A stretch of 64,000 nucleotides of DNA from Anaerolineae bacterium (GCA_034435055.1 DAOTXS010000097.1:66864-130863), one strand, 5' to 3'; positions 9,401 through 18,070 are shown, counted from the first letter of the stretch. Made by a program: numbers and translations. The notes: generated by a model not told the origin, from the letters alone.

Positions 9401-11155
9401 ATCGTACCAGTTCATCAACCCGTCGTCGCCGGGAAATTGCGCCGGCAAGCCGCGATACATTCCGCCAAACGGGTCGCGGCCATCGATGCGCAAGGGGAGC
9501 GGATCGTCCCAGCGTTCGTTCGCCAGTACCGAATCGCGCGGCACATGATCAAAAATCCAACGCGATGCGGTAACGCGCGAAACTGGACGGGTGTAGATCG
9601 ATGTGAACGCCGTCGCATAAAATAACGTGTAGCCGATGACAAAAATCGTTAGCGTGGCGACGGCGATGCGCGCAACTGTTGCATAACGCATCGCGCGCGC
9701 GGCGCGATCCCAGAGTTCGATCAAGAGCCAGCCGGCGCAAAGCGCAAGGAACGGATAGATTTGCAAAAAGTATCGCAGAGGTTTGACCCATTGTTGCCCG
9801 GTGTATGCAAACGTGATGCCAACCCAGGTTACGATAAGTAAATGTTTCCATTCACGAAAACGGATTAAGCGATATAGCGCAAACGCAAACCCAGCCCACG
9901 CGGTCAAACCTACTGCTATTCCCAAACCCCACCGCACCATATTTTCGAATGGGAAGAGGTACGCCGGGCGATCGGTCCATTGATGTCCGGGCGGATAATC
10001 TGCGCGCCCCGCCACAAGTTCGCCGATGTATGCCATATTGTCGGAGAATTGTGTGTTGACACCGCCCGCCCAAAATAATGCTACATCGAACATTGCACTC
10101 ACTGCGCCGTGACTGAGATCGAATGTTGGAATTTTCGGCGCGACGAAACTGGGTCCGTTGGCGGCGTACGGTTGAAAGATGCGGAAGATAATCAATGTGG
10201 CGATGCCGGCAATCGCCAGTCCGCCGAACGCGCGCGTGAATGCGGACATCAACGAATCGCCGATGGTCGGTGCGCTATTTTGCCAACCGACGGAGACGGA
10301 AACCGGCCCCAGCGATTTTTCGGTGACGATCGTTGCCGGTTGCTCTAGCGATTCCGGCGCATCTGCCGGCGATTGGGTGTGCGATGCCTGCCAGTACGCT
10401 CGCCATGCCGATGCCGCGACGATGACCGTGACGAATGGTGCGATGTTGATCCGCCCAGCCAGCGCGAGTCCGAACATCACGCCGGCAAATATAAAAGCTT
10501 GCCAATGCTTGCGCTCCGAAATATCGAGCGCGAACCAGAATGCCAGCAAGATTGGAACATTGGTAAACGTATCGACAGTGAAAAAATGCGATTGCTGAAT
10601 ATCGAGTACCGATGCTGCGAGAAACAATGCGCCGAGTAATGCCGCGCGCGTGTCGTACATTCGGCGACCGATGAAAAAAATCAGCAAGACGGTCGAAAGA
10701 TCGAATAACGCAGACAAGACGCGCCCGACGAGATGAACGTTGCCGTAACTGGCTTGCCCCAATATCTCGCCAACGATGCGTGTGAGAAAAATCGGAAAAG
10801 TGCCGTAAACAAATAGCCCAAAGTTGTGATTGTACGGATTGAGTGGCGAACACGCTGTATCGAAATATCCTCCCCATTTGGCGCAACCTTCAGGCGGACG
10901 ACTTGCCACATCGAAGCCGGGCAGCTGCAACGCGGAGGTAACCATCGTGAGAAAACGTTCGTCGGGATGGAGGTGTTGCTCCGCATCCCAGTTTACGCCG
11001 GTCAATCGCAAGACTGCGCCGAGCAGAAGAATCAGCGTCAGCGCACCGGCGACAAACCAGCCGGGAAGTGTGTGGTTGTTGGGAGGTTGGATTGTTTGAT
11101 CGAGTCCGTTGATCGGTTCAGTCATATTTTTTGATTGGGAGATTTTGTAAATCAT
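6464..11155 (-). CDS. Giant 1563-aa membrane protein: N-terminal GT39/ArnT-PMT-like half fused to a complete Chlor_Arch_YYY domain
   Basis: Uninterrupted ORF. The N-terminal half has a PMT/ArnT-like beginning (HLHPDERFLTMV and many TM helices). From ~aa 745 (FRGLIDRGYVFAKSLGILLVAWGAW) it parallels the 823-aa protein and includes 'FINYYYFGQLITA'. The start could instead be the ATG at 11125. Confidence 0.75.
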   Translation of the reverse strand: MIYKISQSKNMTEPINGLDQTIQPPNNHTLPGWFVAGALTLILLLGAVLRLTGVNWDAEQHLHPDERFLTMVTSALQLPGFDVASRPPEGCAKWGGYFDTACSPLNPYNHNFGLFVYGTFPIFLTRIVGEILGQASYGNVHLVGRVLSALFDLSTVLLIFFIGRRMYDTRAALLGALFLAASVLDIQQSHFFTVDTFTNVPILLAFWFALDISERKHWQAFIFAGVMFGLALAGRINIAPFVTVIVAASAWRAYWQASHTQSPADAPESLEQPATIVTEKSLGPVSVSVGWQNSAPTIGDSLMSAFTRAFGGLAIAGIATLIIFRIFQPYAANGPSFVAPKIPTFDLSHGAVSAMFDVALFWAGGVNTQFSDNMAYIGELVAGRADYPPGHQWTDRPAYLFPFENMVRWGLGIAVGLTAWAGFAFALYRLIRFREWKHLLIVTWVGITFAYTGQQWVKPLRYFLQIYPFLALCAGWLLIELWDRAARAMRYATVARIAVATLTIFVIGYTLFYATAFTSIYTRPVSRVTASRWIFDHVPRDSVLANERWDDPLPLRIDGRDPFGGMYRGLPAQFPGDDGLMNWYDEDTPEKRAQAIRWLNDADYIILSSNRLYGSIPRLPMRYPLTTKYYAWLFDGTLGFDQVAEFTSRPQLLGIEFIDDDADETFTVYDHPKVTIFKKSPRFSAEKISAMFNSIDLEEVYRFWPREATQAKTALLLTPTDRAAQQSGGTWSEIFHPNDFINQMPVIGWLALIQSIGWLAFPVAFVVFRGLIDRGYVFAKSLGILLVAWGAWILASYHWLPFNRTSIGLIIVLLALVSAIIVWRHGSEIANFLRAQRRLILVEELVFFACFGLFLLIRYGNPDLWHQWYGGEKPMDFAYLNAMIKSTWFPAYDPWFAGGFINYYYFGQLITATLIKFSGIVPEVAYNLALPTFFALLGAGAFSAAFNLTCTVIANHKAAKQSPSNLEIATSQKMLLAMTKPAIFAGLLAVLFVAVIGNLGQIILIGQTLMKIGAGNLDAPGAILASIFTGAWRVIADGASFDVPLGWWYWNATRTIPDTINEFPFFTFLYGDLHAHLMALPFTMLAIGVAINYALRAREHNDDARLPFWPVIQISPIAVVEVIVAALVIGGLRAINYADYPTYLLVIGAAIAIGEYARRREITLDLVVGVAWRFGAVFVLSSWLYQPFVSNFATAYLATELWKGERTTLGQYFIVHGIFLFAIATYLIARTFDTPARREVWATWQPLIIVAFIVIEAFFLVLNLAAFTLAFPLLVLAGLLFLRPELDARERFIALLLAAGLALTMMVELITYKGDIGRMNTVFKFYLQAWNFFALAAATGIAFLHQMDNRQPMTEENIAVIRPRSSVLPFAWWFIFSILIVIGLTYTITATRAKVTDRFVLGSPAGLNGMEFLKTATYQDRDRDMTLEYDRQAFEWLRANVIGSPVILEGNAPLYHWASRVSIYTGLPTVIGWDWHQKQQRSIIDGGIIDRRMETVRTIYNTRDPQIALAQMERFDVRYVYIGELEMAFYDHAGLAKFDAMARAGALALVYQNPGVTIYQVNK
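7053..7115. repeat. Heptamer-periodic imperfect hairpin repeat, in-frame in a CDS
   Basis: The sequence is aagaccg atgaccg cggacgg atgactg cgatatttt cctccgt catcggt tgtcggt tgtcc. It translates as MDNRQPMTEENIAVIRPRSSVLP in the 1563-aa protein. Confidence 0.8.
8220..8302. mobile_element. MITE-like palindromic element with GTCATTGCGA...TCGCAATGAC termini, read through in-frame in a CDS
   Basis: Terminal inverted repeats are gtcattgcga (8220-8229) and tcgcaatgac (8293-8302). Its reverse complement aligns with the intergenic copy at 43339-43427. It encodes NHKAAKQSPSNLEIATSQKMLLAMTK in the 1563-aa protein. Confidence 0.7.
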
Positions 11156-11179
11156 AAATCAGAAATCGGAAATCTGCAA

Positions 11180-13174
11180 TTACTGGCTTGGTACATAGAA
11201 TAACCGGAAATCATGTCCCGGCGTGCGCGAACGAACAATTTGTGTTTTGCCGTTCGGAAAAATTTGTTGCAGCACGACCCAGTTCTTTTCATCGCCAAAG
11301 TTGAGCACGTACAATTTATTGGCTGGGTCATCGACGTGCGCGCGCGCATCGTCGGCTTGCGGCAACGTCTGCTCCCAGCCAATCGCGTGCAAATTGATCG
11401 CCACGTTGCGTGTGTCAATCCAGTGCGGGTAGAGCAGAATCCACGTGTGGTTCAAATCAACCACGCCGCTGAAGGCGCGAATTGCCGCGGCGACCTCGGA
11501 TGAGTTCCACGAGCGCGCGCGATAATGCTCGTCAAAGTCGATGAAATAGCGAGTAAAGTTTGCGTGGATACTGGCAAGAATAATCAGCGTGATCAGTGTC
11601 AACGCGCCGACTCGACCCAGCATTGTATCTTTCATCGCGCGCGCAAGCCACGCAAGTGGCAATGCGACGACGATAAACACAAATGGAATTGCGCCGCCGG
11701 CGCGCACGACGCTGGGATTTTCATTTGGAAACGCAATGCTCAACGCGGACGGTAAAAGCATTGTGCCGAGTCCGATCAACACAAACGCGTACGCCATTTC
11801 CCGGTACCGCGCCAATCGATATATCGCGTACACAATGCCGAGCAAAAACAACGCGCCGGCAACATAATCGAGCGCGGGGTCGCCGGGAATCGCATTGGGC
11901 CACGCTTCATCGCCGATCCAATTGAACATCAGCGAGGCGCGAATCAGATTGCTGGCGAGGATGCTGAGGGGATTCTCGTTCACCGGTTGTTCGACGCCGG
12001 TCAGCCGCGTCGCCATGCGATAAAAAACATTGCCGGGATTTTCGGCGAGGTAGCGGGCGAACGGCATCAGAACGATGAGCGCAATTACGAAAAGCAAAAG
12101 GATGTTCGCCAAATAGCGACGCCAATCGGCGTGTTCGTTTTTCTGACTGATGATGAACCACACGCCGGCAAAGAGCGCAACTAGAATCGGCGCGATGCGA
12201 AACGCGTTGTAACCATTTAATCCGATTCCGAGAATCAACCCGGCGATCAAGAAATCGTTGCGGCGGTGATACTTGAACGCGCGAAACAAAAAGTACATCA
12301 ACGGCGCGATAAAGACTGGCGTAAATGGAAAACGCAAACCCATTCGCGCAATCGTGAGGGGCCATTTGCTGAACGCGATAAAAAGCGCGGCAAGCATTGC
12401 CACATCATCGTCGAATAATTCGCGCGCGAAAAGAAATGTGAATGGAATGACCAGTACGCCCATCAACGCCGTGATCAACTTGAGCGCCATATGATCGATG
12501 GGATGCCCGGTCAGTTCGATAAATGCGGCGGTCAAATAAAATTGCAACGGTTCGCGCCCGGTGTTGCGCTCGAAGAAAATCGGACGGAGATCGTTGGTTA
12601 CGATGTCGTTCACGTCGAGCAATTTTTCGGCGTGGTCGCTGTCCATTTCCGCCGGCACCCCATCGAGATTGTGATAATAGAAAAATATCCCGATGAGCAT
12701 AATCGCGCCGAGCATCAACCCGCGCGGCGAAATGTATATACCATCGCTAAACATTTGGCGGATGGTTTGGATTTTTTTGCTCAACCGTATATACCATTCC
12801 ACGCCGCTTTTTTCCGGTTCCCAAAATGCATAGACAAAAACGCCGATACTCAACAGCCACGCGAAAACATTGTCGCCGTTGAATTCATTGCCGCCGGCAA
12901 AGAGAAAAGTCAAAGCGGTGAGGACGATTGCGCTAATCACCAACGCGCGCGACGCAGGTTTCGAATGTGGTTTGCCCGGTTGTGTTTCGTCGATGTGTGT
13001 CCGAATGTCAACACGCGCGAGTATGATTGCAACGAGCCAAATGCCGATTGCTGTCACAAAACCGGCGAGCGCGATCAGGGTCGAATGATGAAACGTGTGT
13101 TGGGATTGTGCGAATGCCGCACACGCAATTGCGGCAAGCGCAAGTACGGGCTGGGTCAGCGCGCGAGGATTCAC
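11180..13174 (-). CDS. Glycosyltransferase family 39-like (ArnT/PMT_2-type) polytopic membrane protein, 664 aa
   Basis: Many TM helices are followed by a soluble C-terminal domain. The general GT-C/ArnT-like layout is present (FERNTGREPLQFYLTAAFIEL...). It has a GTG start at 13174 in a GTGA overlap with the upstream stop. Confidence 0.6.
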   Translation of the reverse strand: MNPRALTQPVLALAAIACAAFAQSQHTFHHSTLIALAGFVTAIGIWLVAIILARVDIRTHIDETQPGKPHSKPASRALVISAIVLTALTFLFAGGNEFNGDNVFAWLLSIGVFVYAFWEPEKSGVEWYIRLSKKIQTIRQMFSDGIYISPRGLMLGAIMLIGIFFYYHNLDGVPAEMDSDHAEKLLDVNDIVTNDLRPIFFERNTGREPLQFYLTAAFIELTGHPIDHMALKLITALMGVLVIPFTFLFARELFDDDVAMLAALFIAFSKWPLTIARMGLRFPFTPVFIAPLMYFLFRAFKYHRRNDFLIAGLILGIGLNGYNAFRIAPILVALFAGVWFIISQKNEHADWRRYLANILLLFVIALIVLMPFARYLAENPGNVFYRMATRLTGVEQPVNENPLSILASNLIRASLMFNWIGDEAWPNAIPGDPALDYVAGALFLLGIVYAIYRLARYREMAYAFVLIGLGTMLLPSALSIAFPNENPSVVRAGGAIPFVFIVVALPLAWLARAMKDTMLGRVGALTLITLIILASIHANFTRYFIDFDEHYRARSWNSSEVAAAIRAFSGVVDLNHTWILLYPHWIDTRNVAINLHAIGWEQTLPQADDARAHVDDPANKLYVLNFGDEKNWVVLQQIFPNGKTQIVRSRTPGHDFRLFYVPSQ

Positions 13175-13959
13175 GGTCGTTCACACACAAAAAAAAGATA
13201 CGCGCCTTCGTTGGTTGGCGGTTCGTCGTAGTAATGCCGCCACAATGCTTCGATCAAAACAAAATTTGCGCGGCACGGTGCGACGATCCAGCGCCCGAAC
13301 AACTTTTTGTAGAGGAGCGTGGGCGCGGAATAATAATGCGCCAGATCGAACAGGTGCGAGGCGGCGCGCGAAAAGTACGAATGCGATTCGCGCACGGAGA
13401 ATCCCAATCGCTCTAGTCGTTCAATCCACACGTTGGGCGAATCGGTGCGATAGTGGTGTGAGATGCGGTTGAAGAAATTTTCATAGCGCTTGGATAATCC
13501 GCGCAAACCGATGCCGCGCAGAACATCGGCGCAGAAAAGATATTCCGCAAAGTGATGCGACGGTGTAGTGAAAACGAAGAGTCCGCGCGGTTTCAGAACT
13601 CGATGCGTTTCGCGCAAGGTCGCGTTAAGATCCGGGATATGTTCGACGACGGAATTACTCAGCACAGTGGCAAAGGTTGCATTCGCAAAAGTCATCGCGT
13701 TGCTATCCATCACGTAGAGTTCACGATGCATCTGCCGCGTCCTGGCTTCGGCAATCGCTTGGGGTGAGGGATCGATGCCGACCTCGAGTGGTGTCGTAAA
13801 AGTCGCTTGTGCAAAATGACCGTCGCCGCAACCGAGATCAAGAATCGGGCGCGGCAAATCGAGCGCGGCAATCTTGCGCGCTTCGACGGCGCGGAGCAAC
13901 GCGCGGAAGGATGGAATAGCAATCAGATGTTCAATGAGGTAATCGCGTTCGGGATTCAA
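13171..13959 (-). CDS. Class I SAM-dependent methyltransferase
   Basis: It has the motif I 'ILDLGCGDGHF' and a later 'LKPRGLFVFTTP'. The track ORF (to 14265) has an Arg-rich N-terminal extension that overlaps the GT4 gene. The likely start is the TTG at 13959, in a TTGA overlap with the GT4 stop. The exact start is uncertain. Confidence 0.75.
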   Translation of the reverse strand: MNPERDYLIEHLIAIPSFRALLRAVEARKIAALDLPRPILDLGCGDGHFAQATFTTPLEVGIDPSPQAIAEARTRQMHRELYVMDSNAMTFANATFATVLSNSVVEHIPDLNATLRETHRVLKPRGLFVFTTPSHHFAEYLFCADVLRGIGLRGLSKRYENFFNRISHHYRTDSPNVWIERLERLGFSVRESHSYFSRAASHLFDLAHYYSAPTLLYKKLFGRWIVAPCRANFVLIEALWRHYYDEPPTNEGAYLFFVCERP

Positions 13960-15152
13960 GATTTCTGCAACTCGGCAAAAAGTTTTTCGTACGCGTGCAC
14001 AGTTTGTTCGATGGAAAACATTGCCTCGATTTCCGCGCGTGGTCGAAGGTATTGAGAGCGATTTTGCAGAACACGCACGATGCCATCGGCGAGCGCGCGG
14101 GCGTCTTTGATCGGCACGATTTCGCCCATCCCGGTCACGCGCACCGGCTCGCGCACGCCCGGTAAATTTGAGGCGACGACCGGACAGCCGCTTAAGAACG
14201 CTTCGACTTGAACGAGCCCAAACGATTCCGTCGAATTGATGCTGGGAACCGTCAGCACGTCGCACGCGCCGAAAAAATTTCCCATCTCTTTGTTAGGAAC
14301 CGATCCCAGAAATTCGAGGTGCGGGCGATGTTGCTGGATCAATGGTTGCAAACGTTCCCACACATTTTCGCCGATGACGTTTCGGTACTCGCCGGCAAAA
14401 AGATATTTGACGTTAGGAATTTTTTCGCGCACGAACGGAATCGAATCGATGAGATACTTGACGCCTTTTTCTTCCGCAAAGCGCGCGGCAAAACCAACGA
14501 CGGCGTGCCCAGTTGCACGATATTTTGCTTTCAACGCGGCAACCGCGTCCGCGTCCGGCGCCGCCATCGTCACCGGCGGATAGATTACCGTGATCTTGTT
14601 TTTGAATTGCGCCAACAACGGTGAGTTATTGGCGTAATCCTGGGTGTAGGCAACGATTCGATGCGCAAATCTGCCGGCAACGTAATTCGATGCAAAGACC
14701 GCGCGGTCGATTACGCGGTTCAAAATTCCCGGCGGCAACTGCAAATCACAGTGATAGGTTAGCACCACCAGCTTGCGTGCCAGCGCGCGTCCGATGAACG
14801 CGAGCGGTCCCCCTTCGGCTTGTGGCAGATGAATGCTGACGACATCGTGTTCGCGGATCAATTTGCCGGCGTGCGATAGAAACCCGGGCATGATACTGCC
14901 TTTGCTAAAACGAAACGCAACTGGGTGGCGAATCACGTGCACGCCGTCGATGTTTTCGCGGAGCGCCAAATCTTTGCGATAGTGCGAAGTCAGTACAGTA
15001 ACGCGATGTCCGCGTTCGGCAAGGGCTTGCGCCAACCGTTCGACGTAAATAGTCAGCCCGCTGATGTGCGGACGATAATAGGTGAGAACGATGAGGATTT
15101 TCAATTTACGCTTTTCGATCTCGGATTTACAATTTGCAATCCAATGAGCCAA
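13956..15152 (-). CDS. Glycosyltransferase family 4 (GT-B fold)
   Basis: It has the typical N-terminus KILIVLTYYRPHISGLTIYVERLAQAL and the C-terminal EX7E-type region 'ESFGLVQVEAFLSGCPVVAS'. The start may be the TTG at 15104 (MKILIV) rather than 15152. Confidence 0.85.
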   Translation of the reverse strand: MAHWIANCKSEIEKRKLKILIVLTYYRPHISGLTIYVERLAQALAERGHRVTVLTSHYRKDLALRENIDGVHVIRHPVAFRFSKGSIMPGFLSHAGKLIREHDVVSIHLPQAEGGPLAFIGRALARKLVVLTYHCDLQLPPGILNRVIDRAVFASNYVAGRFAHRIVAYTQDYANNSPLLAQFKNKITVIYPPVTMAAPDADAVAALKAKYRATGHAVVGFAARFAEEKGVKYLIDSIPFVREKIPNVKYLFAGEYRNVIGENVWERLQPLIQQHRPHLEFLGSVPNKEMGNFFGACDVLTVPSINSTESFGLVQVEAFLSGCPVVASNLPGVREPVRVTGMGEIVPIKDARALADGIVRVLQNRSQYLRPRAEIEAMFSIEQTVHAYEKLFAELQKS

Positions 15153-15184
15153 TGATCAAACTAGCGAACTAACCAATCAGCGCG

Positions 15185-16207
15185 CTATTCAAATAACTTT
15201 TTGTTTTCGGCGACCCAGCGATACAACTTTTCTACGCCGGTTGGCACATCTGTTTGTGGTTCCCAGCCCAACTCGTGTTTTGCTTTGGCAATATCGTACA
15301 CGCAAACTTTTTGATCGCCGGGGCGCCAAGCGCCGCGGGCGAACGGGACCGGCTTGCCCATCAGTTTTTCCAGCATCGGCGCAAATTCCGTCCACACCGA
15401 AATCGTGTTGCGCGCGCCGCCGCCGATGTTGTACACTTGCCCGGCAATCTTGTCGATTCGTGTGGTTGCCGCGTCGTACGCGTCCATCAAATCGTCGATG
15501 AATAACATATCGCGGACTTGCTTGCCGTCGCCATAGATCGTGATTGGCTTGTTCAGCACCGCGGCGATGATAAACCACGCGAGCCAACCTTGATCTTCGA
15601 CGCCGAATTGACGATAGCCGTAGATTGCCGATTGCCGGAAAACGACGGAGCGCAAACCGTAAATGCGATGATAATCGCGCACGTATTGATCCGCCGCGCC
15701 TTTACTGCATCCGTACGGCGAATGGAAATCGAGTGGCTGTTGTTCCGAAACGCCGGTGGGTAGATCGCGGTACGCATAGCGCGTCGCTTGTTCGGCAATC
15801 GCCACATCTTCCATTCCGCCGTACACTTTGTTCGTCGAGGCGAAAACGAAAACCGGATTGCGCCCGGACAATCGGGCGGCTTCGAGTACGTTGAACGTGC
15901 CGAGCGCGTTGATTTCAAAATCGGTGCGTGGATCAGTCACCGATGTTGTGACGGCGACCTGCGCGGCGAAATGAAAAATCGCATCGACATCGCGCGCGGC
16001 ATCTGCAATCGCGCGCGCGTCGCGAATGTCGGCGCGAATCAATTTGAATTTATCACCGTGTTTTGTGCGCAGCCACTCGGCGTTTTTCTCCGCGCCGCGG
16101 CGGGACAAATTGTCGAAGGCGATGACGTGTTCACCGCGCGCAAGTAATCGATCTACGTAATTCGCGCCGATAAAACCGCATCCGCCGGTGACAAGTGTTT
16201 TGCTCAT
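15185..16207 (-). CDS. NAD-dependent nucleotide-sugar epimerase/dehydratase (extended SDR)
   Basis: It has the Rossmann motif 'VTGGCGFIGANYV' and the catalytic 'YGCSKGAADQY' (YxxxK). It forms an ATGA overlap with the upstream gene. Confidence 0.9.
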   Translation of the reverse strand: MSKTLVTGGCGFIGANYVDRLLARGEHVIAFDNLSRRGAEKNAEWLRTKHGDKFKLIRADIRDARAIADAARDVDAIFHFAAQVAVTTSVTDPRTDFEINALGTFNVLEAARLSGRNPVFVFASTNKVYGGMEDVAIAEQATRYAYRDLPTGVSEQQPLDFHSPYGCSKGAADQYVRDYHRIYGLRSVVFRQSAIYGYRQFGVEDQGWLAWFIIAAVLNKPITIYGDGKQVRDMLFIDDLMDAYDAATTRIDKIAGQVYNIGGGARNTISVWTEFAPMLEKLMGKPVPFARGAWRPGDQKVCVYDIAKAKHELGWEPQTDVPTGVEKLYRWVAENKKLFE

Positions 16208-17226
16208 GATGCCTCGCTTGCTGATTTTTGTTCGATGTTTTGCAACCGTTCGTACGTCAGTCCTTCATGCCACATCGAGTACACGCCGAGGACAATCAGC
16301 CAGATGTACGTAAAGGCATGAATGATAAACGCATAACTGAGTGCGGCGGATTTATCGACGCCGTAAATGGTGTTGAGTGTAACTTGGACGCTGAAATGGA
16401 AAATGCCAATGTACCCCGGCGACGAGGGCACGATGACTGCCAGCGCGGCAATCGTCGTGGCGAGGAACGCGGCGTGAATCGGCAGAAGCGTACCGTTCGT
16501 TTGCAGATTCATTCCGATCATAATCGTCCACCATAACACGCCGCCGGTGAGCCACGCAAAAAATGCCCAGCCCCCCACGCCCAGCAATGCGCGCGGCGAA
16601 CGCAATGCCGCAAAGCCGTCGATCAATGAATCGAGAATCCCCCACAGTTTGGGGTTTTGCAACAAAGGAATCGGCGAGGTGAGCCGGCGCAAAAAAGTAA
16701 TGCCGCGATCTTTTTGAAGCGAGAGGACGATGAGAAAAACAATCGCGGCGATGCCGGTCGCGGCAATGCCCAACGCGCCTTGCTTGGCAACATCGGGCAG
16801 GGTAGGCGCGAAGAATGCGCTCAGTGCAAGCAACAAAACGGCGGCAAGTCCGTCGCTCAAACGCTCGGCAACGATGGTCGATAACGCGCGCACTTTGCTC
16901 ACGCTCGCAAACTGACCGATGAGATACGCGCGCACCACATCGCCCAAACGCGCCGGCAAAAGGTTGCTGAGGAAATAGCCGATGTTGAGCGCGTGAAAGA
17001 CCTTGTCGGTCGGCGGCTTGTGCGGCGCGAAAAGCAATTGCCACCGAAAGACGCGCGCCACGTAACTGATGAGAAAAACAATCGACGCTGGAATGAGCCA
17101 GAGGTAATTGAAATCTCGAAGTGCTTCGACAAGTTTATCGAATTGAATACCTTGAAAAGCAAAATACAAACACACGACACTGATAATGATGCCGATCCAA
17201 AAGCGCAGTGATTTGAGCATAGTCAT
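16204..17226 (-). CDS. UPF0104 / lysylphosphatidylglycerol-synthase-TM-like 'flippase-like' membrane protein
   Basis: 340 aa with about 8 TM helices. The N-terminal region 'WIGIIISVVCLYFAFQGIQFDKLVEAL' and 'RVFRWQLLF' are typical of this family. It is the first gene of the operon. Confidence 0.65.
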   Translation of the reverse strand: MTMLKSLRFWIGIIISVVCLYFAFQGIQFDKLVEALRDFNYLWLIPASIVFLISYVARVFRWQLLFAPHKPPTDKVFHALNIGYFLSNLLPARLGDVVRAYLIGQFASVSKVRALSTIVAERLSDGLAAVLLLALSAFFAPTLPDVAKQGALGIAATGIAAIVFLIVLSLQKDRGITFLRRLTSPIPLLQNPKLWGILDSLIDGFAALRSPRALLGVGGWAFFAWLTGGVLWWTIMIGMNLQTNGTLLPIHAAFLATTIAALAVIVPSSPGYIGIFHFSVQVTLNTIYGVDKSAALSYAFIIHAFTYIWLIVLGVYSMWHEGLTYERLQNIEQKSASEAS

Positions 17227-17247
17227 CCTGATGAGAGAGAGTCTCCA

Positions 17248-17275
17248 ATTTTAACGCGCGCTATTTTAGCATCAA
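17248..17275 (-). promoter_or_regulatory. Candidate sigma70-type promoter of the glycosylation operon (TTGATG-16-TAAAAT on minus strand)
   Basis: Hexamers were read on the minus strand about 25-50 nt upstream of ATG 17226. This is a sequence match only. Confidence 0.3.
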
Positions 17276-17366
17276 GTCGATGGAATGGCAAACGAATGTG
17301 GAGAAATTATTGGAACGATGTATAATATCAATCAATCTATCTATCGACATTCTTCGAGGTGATTCA

Positions 17367-18065
17367 ATGAGCAATGATGTGCAACGCGTTCTTGTCGTCT
17401 TGGCGCATCCGGACGACCCGGAATTTTTTTGCGGCGGGACGCTCGCTAAATGGGCGCGTGAGGGAAAAGTGATTCAGTATCTTTTGCTGACGTGCGGGGA
17501 CAAAGGGAGTGACAATCCGGATATGACGCCGCAAACATTGTGCGCCGACCGGCAAATGGAACAGCGCGCGGCGGCGGCGGTGATTGGCGCAAGTCAAGTG
17601 GTGTTTCTCGATTATCACGACGGCGAATTGATGAACACGCTCGACGTGCGCCGTGAGATCGTGCGCGCGATTCGCCAGTTCAAACCGGACGTGGTTGTAA
17701 CGTGCGACCCGACGACGTACTTTCGCGCGAATGCATACATCAATCACGTCGATCATCGCACCGCCGGCGCAGCAACGTTGGACGCAATTTTTCCCGCCGC
17801 CGGCAATCGAATGTATTTCCCGGAATTACTGAACGAGGGACTCGAACCGCACGCGATCAAAGAGGTGTGGATGAGTTTGACGCACGAACCGAACTTGTGG
17901 GTGAATGTGAACGAGACGCTCGAAATCAAACTTGCGGCATTGCGTCAGCATCGGAGTCAAATCAAAGACCCCGACGGATTGGAAAAGCGGATTCGCGAAC
18001 GTTTGCGGCGCACCGATGTCGATGAGGAGTTGTACGCCGAGGGTTTTCGCGTAATTCGATTTTAA
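17367..18065 (+). CDS. PIG-L/LmbE family N-acetylglucosaminyl deacetylase
   Basis: It has the signature 'VLVVLAHPDDPEFFCGG' followed by 'HVDHRTAG'. It is divergent from the glycosylation operon. The ATG at 17367 follows 'gaggtgattca'. Confidence 0.85.
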   Translation: MSNDVQRVLVVLAHPDDPEFFCGGTLAKWAREGKVIQYLLLTCGDKGSDNPDMTPQTLCADRQMEQRAAAAVIGASQVVFLDYHDGELMNTLDVRREIVRAIRQFKPDVVVTCDPTTYFRANAYINHVDHRTAGAATLDAIFPAAGNRMYFPELLNEGLEPHAIKEVWMSLTHEPNLWVNVNETLEIKLAALRQHRSQIKDPDGLEKRIRERLRRTDVDEELYAEGFRVIRF

Positions 18066-18070
18066 TAGAA

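Noticed and set aside
13960-14265. N-terminal 100-aa extension of the methyltransferase ORF in the track.
   Set aside because: It is Arg-rich, lies entirely inside the GT4 gene in another frame, and precedes the conserved methyltransferase core. A TTG in a TTGA overlap with the GT4 stop is the more plausible start.
15105-15184. Roughly 8-nt periodic stretch (CCAATGAG CCAATGAT CAAACTAG CGAACTAA CCAATCAG) between the epimerase and GT4 genes.
   Set aside because: The periodicity is weak and degenerate, there is no complementary arm, and this is the only occurrence. It could be chance, or part of the GT4 5' region if the 15152 start is real. It mainly lowers confidence in that start.
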